A stretch of 64,000 bases of DNA, from assembly GCA_965237675.1 (NCBI GenBank), contig OZ250150.1, forward strand, positions 5,088,001 to 5,152,000, in the 5' to 3' direction. A program made the translations under genes and the position numbers. Within the stretch, counting starts at the first letter, position 1. Every line of letters begins with the position of its first letter. Origin of the DNA: Candidatus Latescibacterota bacterium (GTDB lineage Bacteria; Latescibacterota; UBA2968; GCA-2709665). Under the pieces are notes generated by a model. The model had not been told where the DNA came from, did not search any database, and worked only from the letters and a program-made list of their open reading frames with translations. Shown piece after piece: positions 49,327-58,771 of the stretch.

Positions 49327-51774
49327 ATGGCCTTATCCAAACGATATCGCCCACAGGAAACAGAGCTTCGCCTTCAGGCGCGCTGGCAACTGTCAGACAT
49401 CTACAAATTCGAGAGGCCGGCCGAAGGCCCCGTATACGCCATCGACACCCCTCCGGCAACCGTGTCCGGAAAACTCCACATGGGTCACGTCTATTCCTAC
49501 AGCCATGCAGACTTCATGGCTCGCTTCTGGCGAATGAACGGCCGGCGCGTCTTCTACCCGATGGGATATGACGACAATGGCCTTCCGACGGAACGGTTGG
49601 TGGAAAAACGCCTGGGAACAAGCGCATCGGAACTCGGCCGTCAGGCATTTATCGAACAATGTCTGTACCACGGTGAAGCCATTGAATGCGAATACGAGAA
49701 CCTCTGGCTTCGCCTGGGGCTTTCGGTCGATTGGTCACATACCTATCGCACAGCGGGCGACACCGCCCGCCGCATTGCACAGAAGTCATTTATAGACCTG
49801 TTAGACAAAGGACTGGTCTACCGCAAAAAGGCGCCGGCTATCTGGTGCCCGGCATGCGGAACCGCCATCTCGCAGGCCGAATTGAACGACGTGGACAGCG
49901 AGAGCGAGTTCATCACCCTGGACTTCCGCCTTGCAGACGGAATCTCGCTGCCGATCGCCACCACCCGGCCGGAACTTCTGTCCGCATGTGCGGCGATTTT
50001 CGTCCATCCAAGTGACGAACGCTATAGTTCATTCATCGGCCGCAATGTCTCAGTCCCACTTTACGGCCATCAGGTGCCCGTACTGCAGGATACAGGGGCG
50101 GAGCCCGAAACAGGCACGGGCGCTGTGATGTGCTGCACCTTCGGCGACGCTGCGGACGTGGCCTGGTGGCGTTCACACAACCTGCCGCTGGTTTCCGCCA
50201 TCGACAAGAACGGCCGGATGACCGCGGGTTCCGGCATTCTCGAAGGCCTTTCCGTGTCCGAAGCCAGACGACAGATCGTGAAGGCACTCGATGAACGCGG
50301 CGTAATCCTGGAACGACGGCCCGCGCCTCAGTCCGTTAGGGTCCATGATCGCTGCGACACGCCGGTGGAATACATCGTCGCTCCGCAGTGGTTCATCCGT
50401 GTCCTTGACTTCAAGAACCGCTGGCTTGAACTGGGCGAAGAAATCAGGTGGCATCCCCCGCACATGAAAGCCCGTTACATTGAATGGATCGAAAACCTGC
50501 ACTGGGACTGGTGTATCTCCCGCCAGCGCCACTTTGGTATCCCGTTTCCCATTTGGTATTGCGGAGGCTGCGGTAAGATCACCGTGGCGCAGGAAGCCGA
50601 ACTGCCGGTGGACCCCCATGAGATATCCCCGCGCATGTGCCGAACTTGCGGCGCCGACTGTTGGATAGCCGATACGGACGTAATGGACACTTGGGCTACG
50701 TCATCACTCAGTCCTCAAATCGCGGCAGGTTGGTTATCCGACAACGAGCTTTATCAGGATGTCTACCCCATGTCCATGCGCCCCCAGTCACACGAAATCA
50801 TTCGGACCTGGGCTTTCTACACCATTGTCAAATCTCACCACCATTTTGGACAGATACCCTGGAAGGAAATATGCATTTCCGGATGGGGCCTGGCTCCGGA
50901 AGGCACGGGAAAAATCAGCAAGAGCCGGGGAGGCGGACCGGCCGCGCCGATGGCCGTAATCCAGAAATATTCGGCTGACGCCGTACGTTATTGGGCGGCC
51001 GGAACCGGATTCGGCAAAGACACGGTCATCAGTGAAGAAAAAATCCAGGCGGGCGCCAAGCTGGTCACCAAACTCTGGAACGTCGCCCGCTTCAGCGAGC
51101 GGTTCCTTCAAGGGTATCGCCCTCCTGTCGAACCACCGCACCTAACTCCCGCTGACCGCTGGATCCTGTCGCGCACCCAATGCCTGATCCTGCGCGTCAC
51201 CGGCTTTTTTCAAAACTATCAATACGCTCTCGCCAGGAGTGAAACCGAAACCTTTTTCTGGCGGGACCTGGCCGACAACTACCTTGAAATGGCCAAGCGG
51301 CGTCTGTATGACGAGACCGGGAATGGAACAGGCGGCGCGCAATATACACTCAGCCACGTGCTTCGAACTTGTATCCACCTTTTTGCGCCCTTTTTGCCGT
51401 ACGTAACCGAAGAGATCTATGTTGGACTGTTCATGGAGAACGGTGAATCCATCCACACCTCCGCCTGGCCGTCCGTGAACCCGCGACTGCTGGACGAACG
51501 CGCCGAAACAACTGGCAACCACCTGGTTGAAATTGCCACTGCCGTCCGTAGGTACAAGAGCGAGTTCAATCTCTCACTCAGCGCACCCCTGAACCGTCTG
51601 CAACTGGCCGTCAGAGATCAGGCACTTTCGTTGTCACTGAAGGAGGCCGGAGTGGATCTGACCAGCATCACACGGGCGCGGCAACTTGACGTCCGGCTGA
51701 ACGACCCGCTCGACCCCGCCCTCCACGTCGTACTGAACGGCGAGATCGTTACGGCGGCCATCGAAGCGCAGTAG
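49327..51774 (+). CDS. valS: Valyl-tRNA synthetase, archaeal-type (no C-terminal coiled coil)
   Basis: IDTPPATVSGKLHMGH, DDNGLPTE, ATTRPE, GTGAVMCCTFGD, DWCISRQR, DVMDTWATSS, KISKS, KLWNVARF. Confidence 0.95.
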   Translation: MALSKRYRPQETELRLQARWQLSDIYKFERPAEGPVYAIDTPPATVSGKLHMGHVYSYSHADFMARFWRMNGRRVFYPMGYDDNGLPTERLVEKRLGTSASELGRQAFIEQCLYHGEAIECEYENLWLRLGLSVDWSHTYRTAGDTARRIAQKSFIDLLDKGLVYRKKAPAIWCPACGTAISQAELNDVDSESEFITLDFRLADGISLPIATTRPELLSACAAIFVHPSDERYSSFIGRNVSVPLYGHQVPVLQDTGAEPETGTGAVMCCTFGDAADVAWWRSHNLPLVSAIDKNGRMTAGSGILEGLSVSEARRQIVKALDERGVILERRPAPQSVRVHDRCDTPVEYIVAPQWFIRVLDFKNRWLELGEEIRWHPPHMKARYIEWIENLHWDWCISRQRHFGIPFPIWYCGGCGKITVAQEAELPVDPHEISPRMCRTCGADCWIADTDVMDTWATSSLSPQIAAGWLSDNELYQDVYPMSMRPQSHEIIRTWAFYTIVKSHHHFGQIPWKEICISGWGLAPEGTGKISKSRGGGPAAPMAVIQKYSADAVRYWAAGTGFGKDTVISEEKIQAGAKLVTKLWNVARFSERFLQGYRPPVEPPHLTPADRWILSRTQCLILRVTGFFQNYQYALARSETETFFWRDLADNYLEMAKRRLYDETGNGTGGAQYTLSHVLRTCIHLFAPFLPYVTEEIYVGLFMENGESIHTSAWPSVNPRLLDERAETTGNHLVEIATAVRRYKSEFNLSLSAPLNRLQLAVRDQALSLSLKEAGVDLTSITRARQLDVRLNDPLDPALHVVLNGEIVTAAIEAQ

Positions 51775-52148
51775 GCATTCCCAACACCTTGTGCGTGTTC
51801 TGACGTGTCTTGAGGGTGCGCGCCTGACACGCAAGGTGGCGTCCGACGGAGCGCCGGTCGGCCGACATCTGCGAAATATCCCACGTTTTTCGGATCTGAT
51901 CGCATTCTGTCGTGAGTTAGAGCAGGCAAACAAGACAACGATTGACGAAACGGGGATTTCAAGAAAAAAGAGCCGGGAAGAGAGGACAAATAAGGCTTCG
52001 GTAGTCATTGCGAATGGATTCACATCCCGAGCGGCGCTGCGCTATTCGACGTCAGGGGAAGTCATATGCGCTTGCATTTGGTACATGCTCAGCCCCGCGT
52101 TACCTTGAAACTTATGGTTGTGGAATGCTGACCGCCAGGACGAATACG

Positions 52149-52310
52149 ATGCCCGACTCTCGTCGGAACACCTTCAACAGCGTCGCAGGACGTTACGCTG
52201 AAATCAGGCCCGGGTACCCCGACGAGCTAATTGACGACATCGTAGGTCTATCGGGGATTCCTGACGATGGCCGCATCCTGGAGATTGGATGCGGCACCGG
52301 GCATGCAACG
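52149..52310 (+). pseudogene. N-terminal fragment of a class I SAM methyltransferase
   Basis: TFNSVAGRYAEIRPGYP...RILEIGCGTGHAT, then similarity is lost. Confidence 0.75.
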
Positions 52311-52425
52311 AGTCAACATCCTTCGTCGTGCCTTCGGACTGCGCCTTTCCAACGCTGCGAGTTCGGATTGGACAATCGTGATGGTTTCATTCTGTTGAAC
52401 ATCCCCGATTGCCGATGTGTCTACC

Positions 52426-52722
52426 ATGGGAGGAATTGTGAGCCTTCTCATTGACATGATCTGGGAACTTCTGGCATTGTTGGTAATCGACGGTTTTCCT
52501 TCCCTCTTCAGGCGAAATCTGCCGAAGCCGGTTCATCGACTCCGTGTTTCGGCTTGGATCCTTGTGCTTGTATGCCTGGTATGCTTTGTTTCTGTCTATG
52601 TCCCATCGTTTGAAGCCCATCGAGGTTTACTCAAGCGCGTTACAATTGGCAGCATGGTGTTTCTAATGGCCGTCATGGTGACCATGACGCTTCTCCTGAA
52701 AGCCGGGAAGACTCGTAGCTGA
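52426..52722 (+). CDS. Small hypothetical membrane protein (3 TM)
   Basis: Three hydrophobic segments, basic C-terminus. Confidence 0.5.
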   Translation: MGGIVSLLIDMIWELLALLVIDGFPSLFRRNLPKPVHRLRVSAWILVLVCLVCFVSVYVPSFEAHRGLLKRVTIGSMVFLMAVMVTMTLLLKAGKTRS

Positions 52723-52914
52723 TTATCGACTCGTATCTGAAACGACACACTTCGATGTGGTTCAAATGTAAAAAACGCACCGAAAGGTGTTGGCAACATC
52801 ATCTGCCGGCGTGCGGCGTTTCAACCCGCCAAGGGAAGCCGAAGACGTGATCGCGAGTCTCTGCCTACGCGGTCCGCCCGGCAAGGGTTGTCGTGCGAAT
52901 TTTTGTCAAAAACG

Positions 52915-52950
52915 AACGCGCCGGGGCGATGGACTCGCTCCCGGCGCGTT
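52915..52950. terminator. Hairpin between convergent genes
   Basis: aacgcgccggggcga...tcgctcccggcgcgtt. Confidence 0.65.
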
Positions 52951-53044
52951 TAGTCTGCCATAGAGTGGATTTCTTGTCCTTCATTCATGCTTCGTGAACG
53001 GGATCAGGGAAGCACAGGTCCCCTGACTTACCTTTATCCCGCGG

Positions 53045-54019
53045 CTAACGGGCTTCGAAGAAGAATCTGATCGTGTCATTCTCCTTCAACATGGCATCAA
53101 AGAACTCTTGATCCTCCTCGTTCAACTCGCCCGACGACTGCAGGACAATCCGCATGTATTGCTCCCTGGTGAACGTGAGCGTCACGTTGTCGCCTTCCAC
53201 GTCGAACGAGCACTCCATCACCAGCCCCTCTTCATCGACCATCGTCAGGATATCGCCGTCCACCGACCAGGTACCCGTATCGGACCACGTACCCGTGCTG
53301 TCCTGGTCCGCAAAAGTGCCGGCTGAATCAAAACGACGGATCGGCGACCAGACACTGTCGCGGAGACTGACCTCCAATCCGCTTGTGAACTCCTGGACGA
53401 GAAAGACCGCGGTCGCACTATCCACCACGCCCAGTTCCAGGATCGCGTTGATCAGGTTCTCGCTTATCGTCTCAACCATATCCGTTCCCACGTATCCCCA
53501 CGACCCGACAATACTCCCCGATGAGAGGACGGAAGTACCGGTCGCGCGCGCCTTCCCGCCAACGGGCAGTTCAACCGTCACTTCGTATCCGCCGTTGACC
53601 GGAATGCTCGACCAGGAACCCAGCACGGCCCCATCCTGAACGGCGCGCGCCCGATAGTAACCGCTCACATTGCCTCCCCCAATCTCCACACGCGCCTCAC
53701 CGTTCGCATCGGTTGCGCCCGACCAGGCAAAATCCGTCGGTAAACCCGAGACAGAACGTGACAACTCCACGGTCACGCCGCTCAACGGTGCGCCGCCCTG
53801 CCGCACGATTGCCACCACCACGGCTTGTGTCATATTCCCATTTATCGCCAGTTTTCTCAACGGCTGTCCTGCGTGCACCTGCCGGGTTGCAGGGTTGACC
53901 CCCTCGGCAAGCGGGTCCGCTTCCGGCGCCATTGAGGTGGTAACGCGGTCACCGCCGCAGCCGGATATCACACCTGCGGCCATCGTCAACAGAAACACGC
54001 TTCGAATCCAATCAAACAT
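53045..54019 (-). CDS. Lipoprotein with an Ig-like/carboxypeptidase-regulatory-like domain and a lipocalin-like domain
   Basis: Lipobox ISGC; GAPLSGVTVEL..ATDANGEA; SIVGSW..TGTWSVDGDILT. Confidence 0.72.
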   Translation of the reverse strand: MFDWIRSVFLLTMAAGVISGCGGDRVTTSMAPEADPLAEGVNPATRQVHAGQPLRKLAINGNMTQAVVVAIVRQGGAPLSGVTVELSRSVSGLPTDFAWSGATDANGEARVEIGGGNVSGYYRARAVQDGAVLGSWSSIPVNGGYEVTVELPVGGKARATGTSVLSSGSIVGSWGYVGTDMVETISENLINAILELGVVDSATAVFLVQEFTSGLEVSLRDSVWSPIRRFDSAGTFADQDSTGTWSDTGTWSVDGDILTMVDEEGLVMECSFDVEGDNVTLTFTREQYMRIVLQSSGELNEEDQEFFDAMLKENDTIRFFFEAR

Positions 54020-54296
54020 CGCGATCCCCTTCTTTAGAAAGTTACTTGCGATAGTCGCCGGCATGCCGTCCGACGATACACCGATCCGTTTACAGTTGAT
54101 AACTGTGATTGACTTTACGAATGCCAAAACAGGTTCGACTGATCCAACCATGTTATATGACTCGCAAGACCAGGAAATGTCTCTCGTTTGTGCCTAGTGT
54201 GGCGAACGACACGATTCCCGCGAGCATTGGTCGGGCGTGTAGCGCTCCAATGTACCGTGGTCTGTTGTCAGGTTTCCGCGATGCAATCCTCAACTC

Positions 54297-54410
54297 AGTG
54301 TCCCGTCCCGGAAATATGTCACCATTCATCCGCCGGGTTCATCCCGTATCGCTACGTTGCCTTCACTCGGCGGCCGAATTTAGGCAATCTATTTCCGGGA
54401 CAGAACACTA
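54297..54410 (-). mobile_element. MITE-like repeat, copy 3 (inverted, internally deleted)
   Basis: agtgtcccgtcccggaaatatgtcaccattc...atctatttccgggacagaacacta is the reverse complement of the copy 1 ends. Confidence 0.8.
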
Positions 54411-54630
54411 TTCCTTCCTTTCCCGCCCGTCACGACCAGGTGTGGCGACCTGGAACGAAAAGCCTTTGCAAATGGGAACGATGCGGCAATTCCGTGTGCG
54501 GAACTTTCGAACAAAATGCTTGACATAACGCGACAATCCTATTATCTAATCGTTTCGGCGCACATCCGTAAATGTATTCTAATATAACGTAATTGAGAGG
54601 CAGGGTCGCAATAAAAAAGGAGATCGGTCG

Positions 54631-54975
54631 ATGGAGGTTAACACGGAGCGGGACAACGGCACGTTAATCGCGAAGGCTGAGGGTCGCGTCGACGGGTCCA
54701 ATGCCCGTGAGTTCGAGGAAGCGCTCGATTCCGCAATCACGGAGCACGAAGACGGACGAGCCGTGATTGTGGATTTCGAAGGGCTTTCATATATAAGCAG
54801 TGCGGGCCTTCGGGTCATTCTGCTGACCGCCAGGACGCTTCGGAAATCAGAAAAGGAATTCGCGGTCTGTTCGCTCTCGGAACCAATCAGGGAGGTCTTC
54901 GAGATCAGCGGGTTCGACAAAATTATACCGGTTTACGCCTCCCGGTCCGAAGCGCTGGCAGCGGTCGGAGGTTAG
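54631..54975 (+). CDS. STAS-domain anti-sigma factor antagonist
   Basis: EGRVDGSNA, VDFEGLSYISSAGLRV, VFEISGF; RBS aaggag. Confidence 0.93.
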   Translation: MEVNTERDNGTLIAKAEGRVDGSNAREFEEALDSAITEHEDGRAVIVDFEGLSYISSAGLRVILLTARTLRKSEKEFAVCSLSEPIREVFEISGFDKIIPVYASRSEALAAVGG

Positions 54976-55181
54976 GAGATGGTTGGTCCGGGACTGCTCT
55001 ACAGAAGCAGAATGCGATTCCCTGAAACAGCACCACGGGTGGAAATGACACCGTAGCCATACCGGGTCCTCTGGACGATCATTCACGTCATCGGCACTTA
55101 GAATGGACGGCGTGGCGGCCGTGTTTTGTCCTGGAACCAGAGGGTTCCTCCCGAATCTCCCGAGAAACTGTAAGGCCGACC

Positions 55182-56852
55182 ATGATCGAAAACCTGCTGC
55201 CGATCGGGTTGCTCATCGTCGTAGCCAAACTCCTCGAATGCCTCCTCGACCGGATTGGCTTGAGTTCGATCGTGGCCTACACGGCGGCCGGTATCCTGCT
55301 CGGACCCGTCGCCGGGATCATTGAACCGACGAGCAAGCTTCAGGTCTTCCTGGGCATTGGCGTCTTTATCCTCTTCTTCCTTGTCGGTCTCGACGAGATC
55401 GACATCCCCGGCTTCGTGGCAACCATCCGCGGGCGTTTTTTTTGTGCGGCCATCCTGTCGGTGCTGATCTCGATGTTCACGGCCCTCGTGGTCACGTCGG
55501 ACTTGTTCGGTGTCAATTTTGCCCTCGAACTCCATTTCAGGGATGCGCTGGCTCTCGCTGGCATTCTGTCGATGTCAAGCATGGGACTTGTGGCAAAGGT
55601 ACTCGCCGACAAGGGGTATCTTAAAGAACCGCTCGGGCTCGAGATCTTCACCACGGTCATTATCGCCGAGATGATCACGCTCCTGGTGGTCGGGTTCAGC
55701 ATCGGCGAACATACCATCGGCGCACACGACCAATTCATGGGTGCCGTCAGAGTGGTGTTTCTGCTGGCGGAGGTCGCGGCTTTCGCGGTCGTGGCATGGA
55801 TTCTGTCCGCAAGAATCATGCCGACGACGATTCTCTTTTTGAAACGATTCTTTAACGTACCCGAGTTGTCGTTCGGTCTGCTGATTGGCGGTCTGTGTTT
55901 AATAGTCGTCGTGGCCGAGGAAATAGGCCTTCACGGATCCCTCGGCGCCCTGCTTTTCGGCGCGGCCCTGTCGGGCCTGCCGCGTCAGGTGCGCAACGAC
56001 GTTATGCCGGGCATTCGAAGCGCGGCGGAGGGCCTGTTCGTACCACTTTTTTTTGCCTCGGCGGGCTTGCGCCTGGACTTTTCTTTTTTGTCTCTGCCTT
56101 TGGCGACCATTGTCGCGATACTAACGATTCCCGCGGCGGGAAAGTTCGCGGGCGCGTTCATCGGCGCCTACGTGGCTCGCCTCGACAAACCCTACGCGCA
56201 GGCGGCCGGACTGATGGCCAAGGGCGTGGCAGAGATCGCGCTTCTGCTTGTACTCCTCGAAAACGGCGTGATCGGACAGGAAGTGTTCTCGGTGGTCGTG
56301 CTTGCAATGCTCGGCTATATCGTGCTGATGCCACTGGCAATCTCCGCGGCGGTCACCAGAGCGCGCCTGACCCACCGCCCCACGCCGCCGGAAGTCGTGC
56401 CGACGTCCTTCGCGCGGCGCGCGCTGGACGACATTACAGCCGGTCACGTACTGGACCCGTCCCGGACCTATCCCGAAGCAACACTGTCGATCAGAAGTTT
56501 TGCCGATGACTGGATCGTGCCGGATCAACAGGACTACGTCGTGGTCGACAAAGGCGCCGTCGCGGGGATCGTGTCTCCAGCGCGGCTGACGTCTGTTCCC
56601 ATGGGATCCTGGGCGGACACACCCCTCCGAAATGTGCTGCGCCCGGACCCGCCTTATGCCGTCCCCGACGAGCCCATCGAAGACGTTCTTCAGGAGATGT
56701 CGCGTCATTCATTGTCCGTGATACCGGTCCGGGATGAGGAATCAGACAGGTTCCTGGGTACTATAACCAGCCATGATGTTGTCGACCTCGTAATCCTGAT
56801 GGATGAAATCGCCGACGAGTTGAAGCAGTTGGACAACGAGACTACGCAGTGA
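55182..56852 (+). CDS. Cation:proton antiporter (CPA2-like) with a C-terminal CBS pair
   Basis: AGILLGP, FLVGLDE, GLFVPLFFASAGL, GKFAGA, KGVAEI; CBS ..IPVRD..FLGTITSHDV. Confidence 0.88.
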   Translation: MIENLLPIGLLIVVAKLLECLLDRIGLSSIVAYTAAGILLGPVAGIIEPTSKLQVFLGIGVFILFFLVGLDEIDIPGFVATIRGRFFCAAILSVLISMFTALVVTSDLFGVNFALELHFRDALALAGILSMSSMGLVAKVLADKGYLKEPLGLEIFTTVIIAEMITLLVVGFSIGEHTIGAHDQFMGAVRVVFLLAEVAAFAVVAWILSARIMPTTILFLKRFFNVPELSFGLLIGGLCLIVVVAEEIGLHGSLGALLFGAALSGLPRQVRNDVMPGIRSAAEGLFVPLFFASAGLRLDFSFLSLPLATIVAILTIPAAGKFAGAFIGAYVARLDKPYAQAAGLMAKGVAEIALLLVLLENGVIGQEVFSVVVLAMLGYIVLMPLAISAAVTRARLTHRPTPPEVVPTSFARRALDDITAGHVLDPSRTYPEATLSIRSFADDWIVPDQQDYVVVDKGAVAGIVSPARLTSVPMGSWADTPLRNVLRPDPPYAVPDEPIEDVLQEMSRHSLSVIPVRDEESDRFLGTITSHDVVDLVILMDEIADELKQLDNETTQ

Positions 56853-57185
56853 TCCCACTTTGGAATATCCGAAACGGCGACCGCAGTCGGAATCGACCGC
56901 AATGCATTCGGGAATTCCGGTCACCAATGAAATTGGTTCCGACCTCTGGCCAGCAGTCGAATGCCGGACCGGATTTGTCAGAACACAGTCCGTTCCTGCT
57001 TTCACGGCGCGCCGGGATTCCAATCGGATTGTCGTCCACGCTTCTGAGGCAAGTGCCAAACGGAGCGGATCATTCCGCCGGAATTCCATAGTCCGATAAC
57101 GTTACAAGGATCGCATTCGGTCCATTGACCCGTAACGGCAGGTTTCAATATTCAGGAAGACCATTCTACCGCGGGGTATTCCGAT

Positions 57186-58355
57186 ATGTCTGCGTTCCCA
57201 TATAAGATCCTGGTCGTGGACGACGAGCCCGACGTCGAACCGCTCATGTTGCAGCGTATGCGACGCGCCATTCGCAGGGGCCGCTACACGTTCGTTTTTG
57301 CCCGTAACGGCATAGAAGCGCTCGAGCGGTTGAATGAAGACGATAGCATCGATATGGTGCTATCCGACATCAATATGCCCCAGATGGACGGCCTTACGTT
57401 GCTAGAGCAAATTCCCAAGGTTGACCCCAACATCCGTTCCGTGATCATTTCGGCGTACGGCGACATGAAAAACATCCGGATCGCGATGAACCGCGGCGCG
57501 TTCGATTTCGTCACCAAACCCATCGACTTCTCGGACCTGCAGGTGACCATCGATCGAACGATGCGTCATCTGATCGAGTGGCGGGAGGCGCTCGAATCGC
57601 GCGACAAGTTGATCGCGTTGCAGAACGAACTGGACGTTGCCAGTAAAATGCAGCAGTCGATTCTACCCACACGGTTTCCCGAGAATCGCGATTACCAGGC
57701 ATATGGGAGCATGGAACCCGCTCGCAACGTCGGCGGTGATTTCTTCGATATCATCCGACTTGAAGACGGACGCATCGGCATTGCAATCGCCGATGTCTCG
57801 GACAAGGGGGTGCCCGCGGCGCTCTTCATGATGTCGAGCAGGACGGTACTTCGAGGTGCTGCAATCGGGACCGCCAATCCCGGAGAGGTCCTTTTCGAAG
57901 TGAATAACTCACTCTACGAGAATAACGAAGCCGCGATGTTCGTCACCGTGTTTTATGCTGTATTCGATCCCGCGAATCGACAGTTCGTTTACGCCAACGG
58001 CGGGCACAATTCTCCTCTCATCGTCAACGCGGAAGGAGAAGCAACCATGCTGTCCCTGACCGGCGGGATCGCCCTAGCGATGTTGCCGGACATCGAATAC
58101 GGATACAATTCGGTGACGCTCGCACCCGGCGATACGGTTGTTCTATACACCGACGGTGTCACCGAAGCCATCAACGACGTGGAGGAAGAATTCGGGGTCG
58201 AACGCCTTCGAAACGTCTTTGTGGATGCGCCCCCGCAGGACGCCCGCGGCGCCAACGGAGCGATCTTCAGTGCCGTGACGGGTTTTGTGGGAGACACCCC
58301 TCAGTTCGACGATATAACCTGCGTTACGTTTCGCTACAGGGGGACGGACACGTGA
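57186..58355 (+). CDS. Response regulator receiver + PP2C/SpoIIE phosphatase (RsbU/RsbY-like)
   Basis: ILVVDDE, SDINMP, FVTKP; VGGDFFD, ADVSDKG, LYTDGVTE, DDIT. Confidence 0.95.
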   Translation: MSAFPYKILVVDDEPDVEPLMLQRMRRAIRRGRYTFVFARNGIEALERLNEDDSIDMVLSDINMPQMDGLTLLEQIPKVDPNIRSVIISAYGDMKNIRIAMNRGAFDFVTKPIDFSDLQVTIDRTMRHLIEWREALESRDKLIALQNELDVASKMQQSILPTRFPENRDYQAYGSMEPARNVGGDFFDIIRLEDGRIGIAIADVSDKGVPAALFMMSSRTVLRGAAIGTANPGEVLFEVNNSLYENNEAAMFVTVFYAVFDPANRQFVYANGGHNSPLIVNAEGEATMLSLTGGIALAMLPDIEYGYNSVTLAPGDTVVLYTDGVTEAINDVEEEFGVERLRNVFVDAPPQDARGANGAIFSAVTGFVGDTPQFDDITCVTFRYRGTDT

Positions 58356-58771
58356 GCATGAAGCAATCCTTTCGGATCGAGGCCAACCTCGACGAACTGC
58401 GACAGGTCGCCGCCGCCACCGAAGACATTGGGCTGCAGGAAAATTGGTCGCCCGCGGTGGTACACCAGGTTGACCTTGCCATAGAGGAAATCGGAAATAA
58501 CATCGTCAGACATGGTCTCGACGGCGGTCCTGGCGTAATTGAAATCACGTTTACCTCAGACGCTGAAGCAATTACAATCGAGATTGCCGACGATGGCCGG
58601 CCCTTCAACCCCTTAACTGACGCCCCAAAACCGGATCTGGAAGCGGGGCTCGAGGATCGACCTATCGGGGGACTCGGCATTCACCTGGTACTTACAATGA
58701 TGGACGAAATGCACTATAAGCGGGAGAAAGAACGGAATCACCTGACGCTGGTCAAACGGAGGTCGGAATGA
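58352..58771 (+). CDS. RsbW-like anti-sigma factor Ser kinase
   Basis: LAIEEIGNNIVRHG, DDGRPFNP, GGLGIHLV..MDE. Confidence 0.93.
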   Translation: MSMKQSFRIEANLDELRQVAAATEDIGLQENWSPAVVHQVDLAIEEIGNNIVRHGLDGGPGVIEITFTSDAEAITIEIADDGRPFNPLTDAPKPDLEAGLEDRPIGGLGIHLVLTMMDEMHYKREKERNHLTLVKRRSE

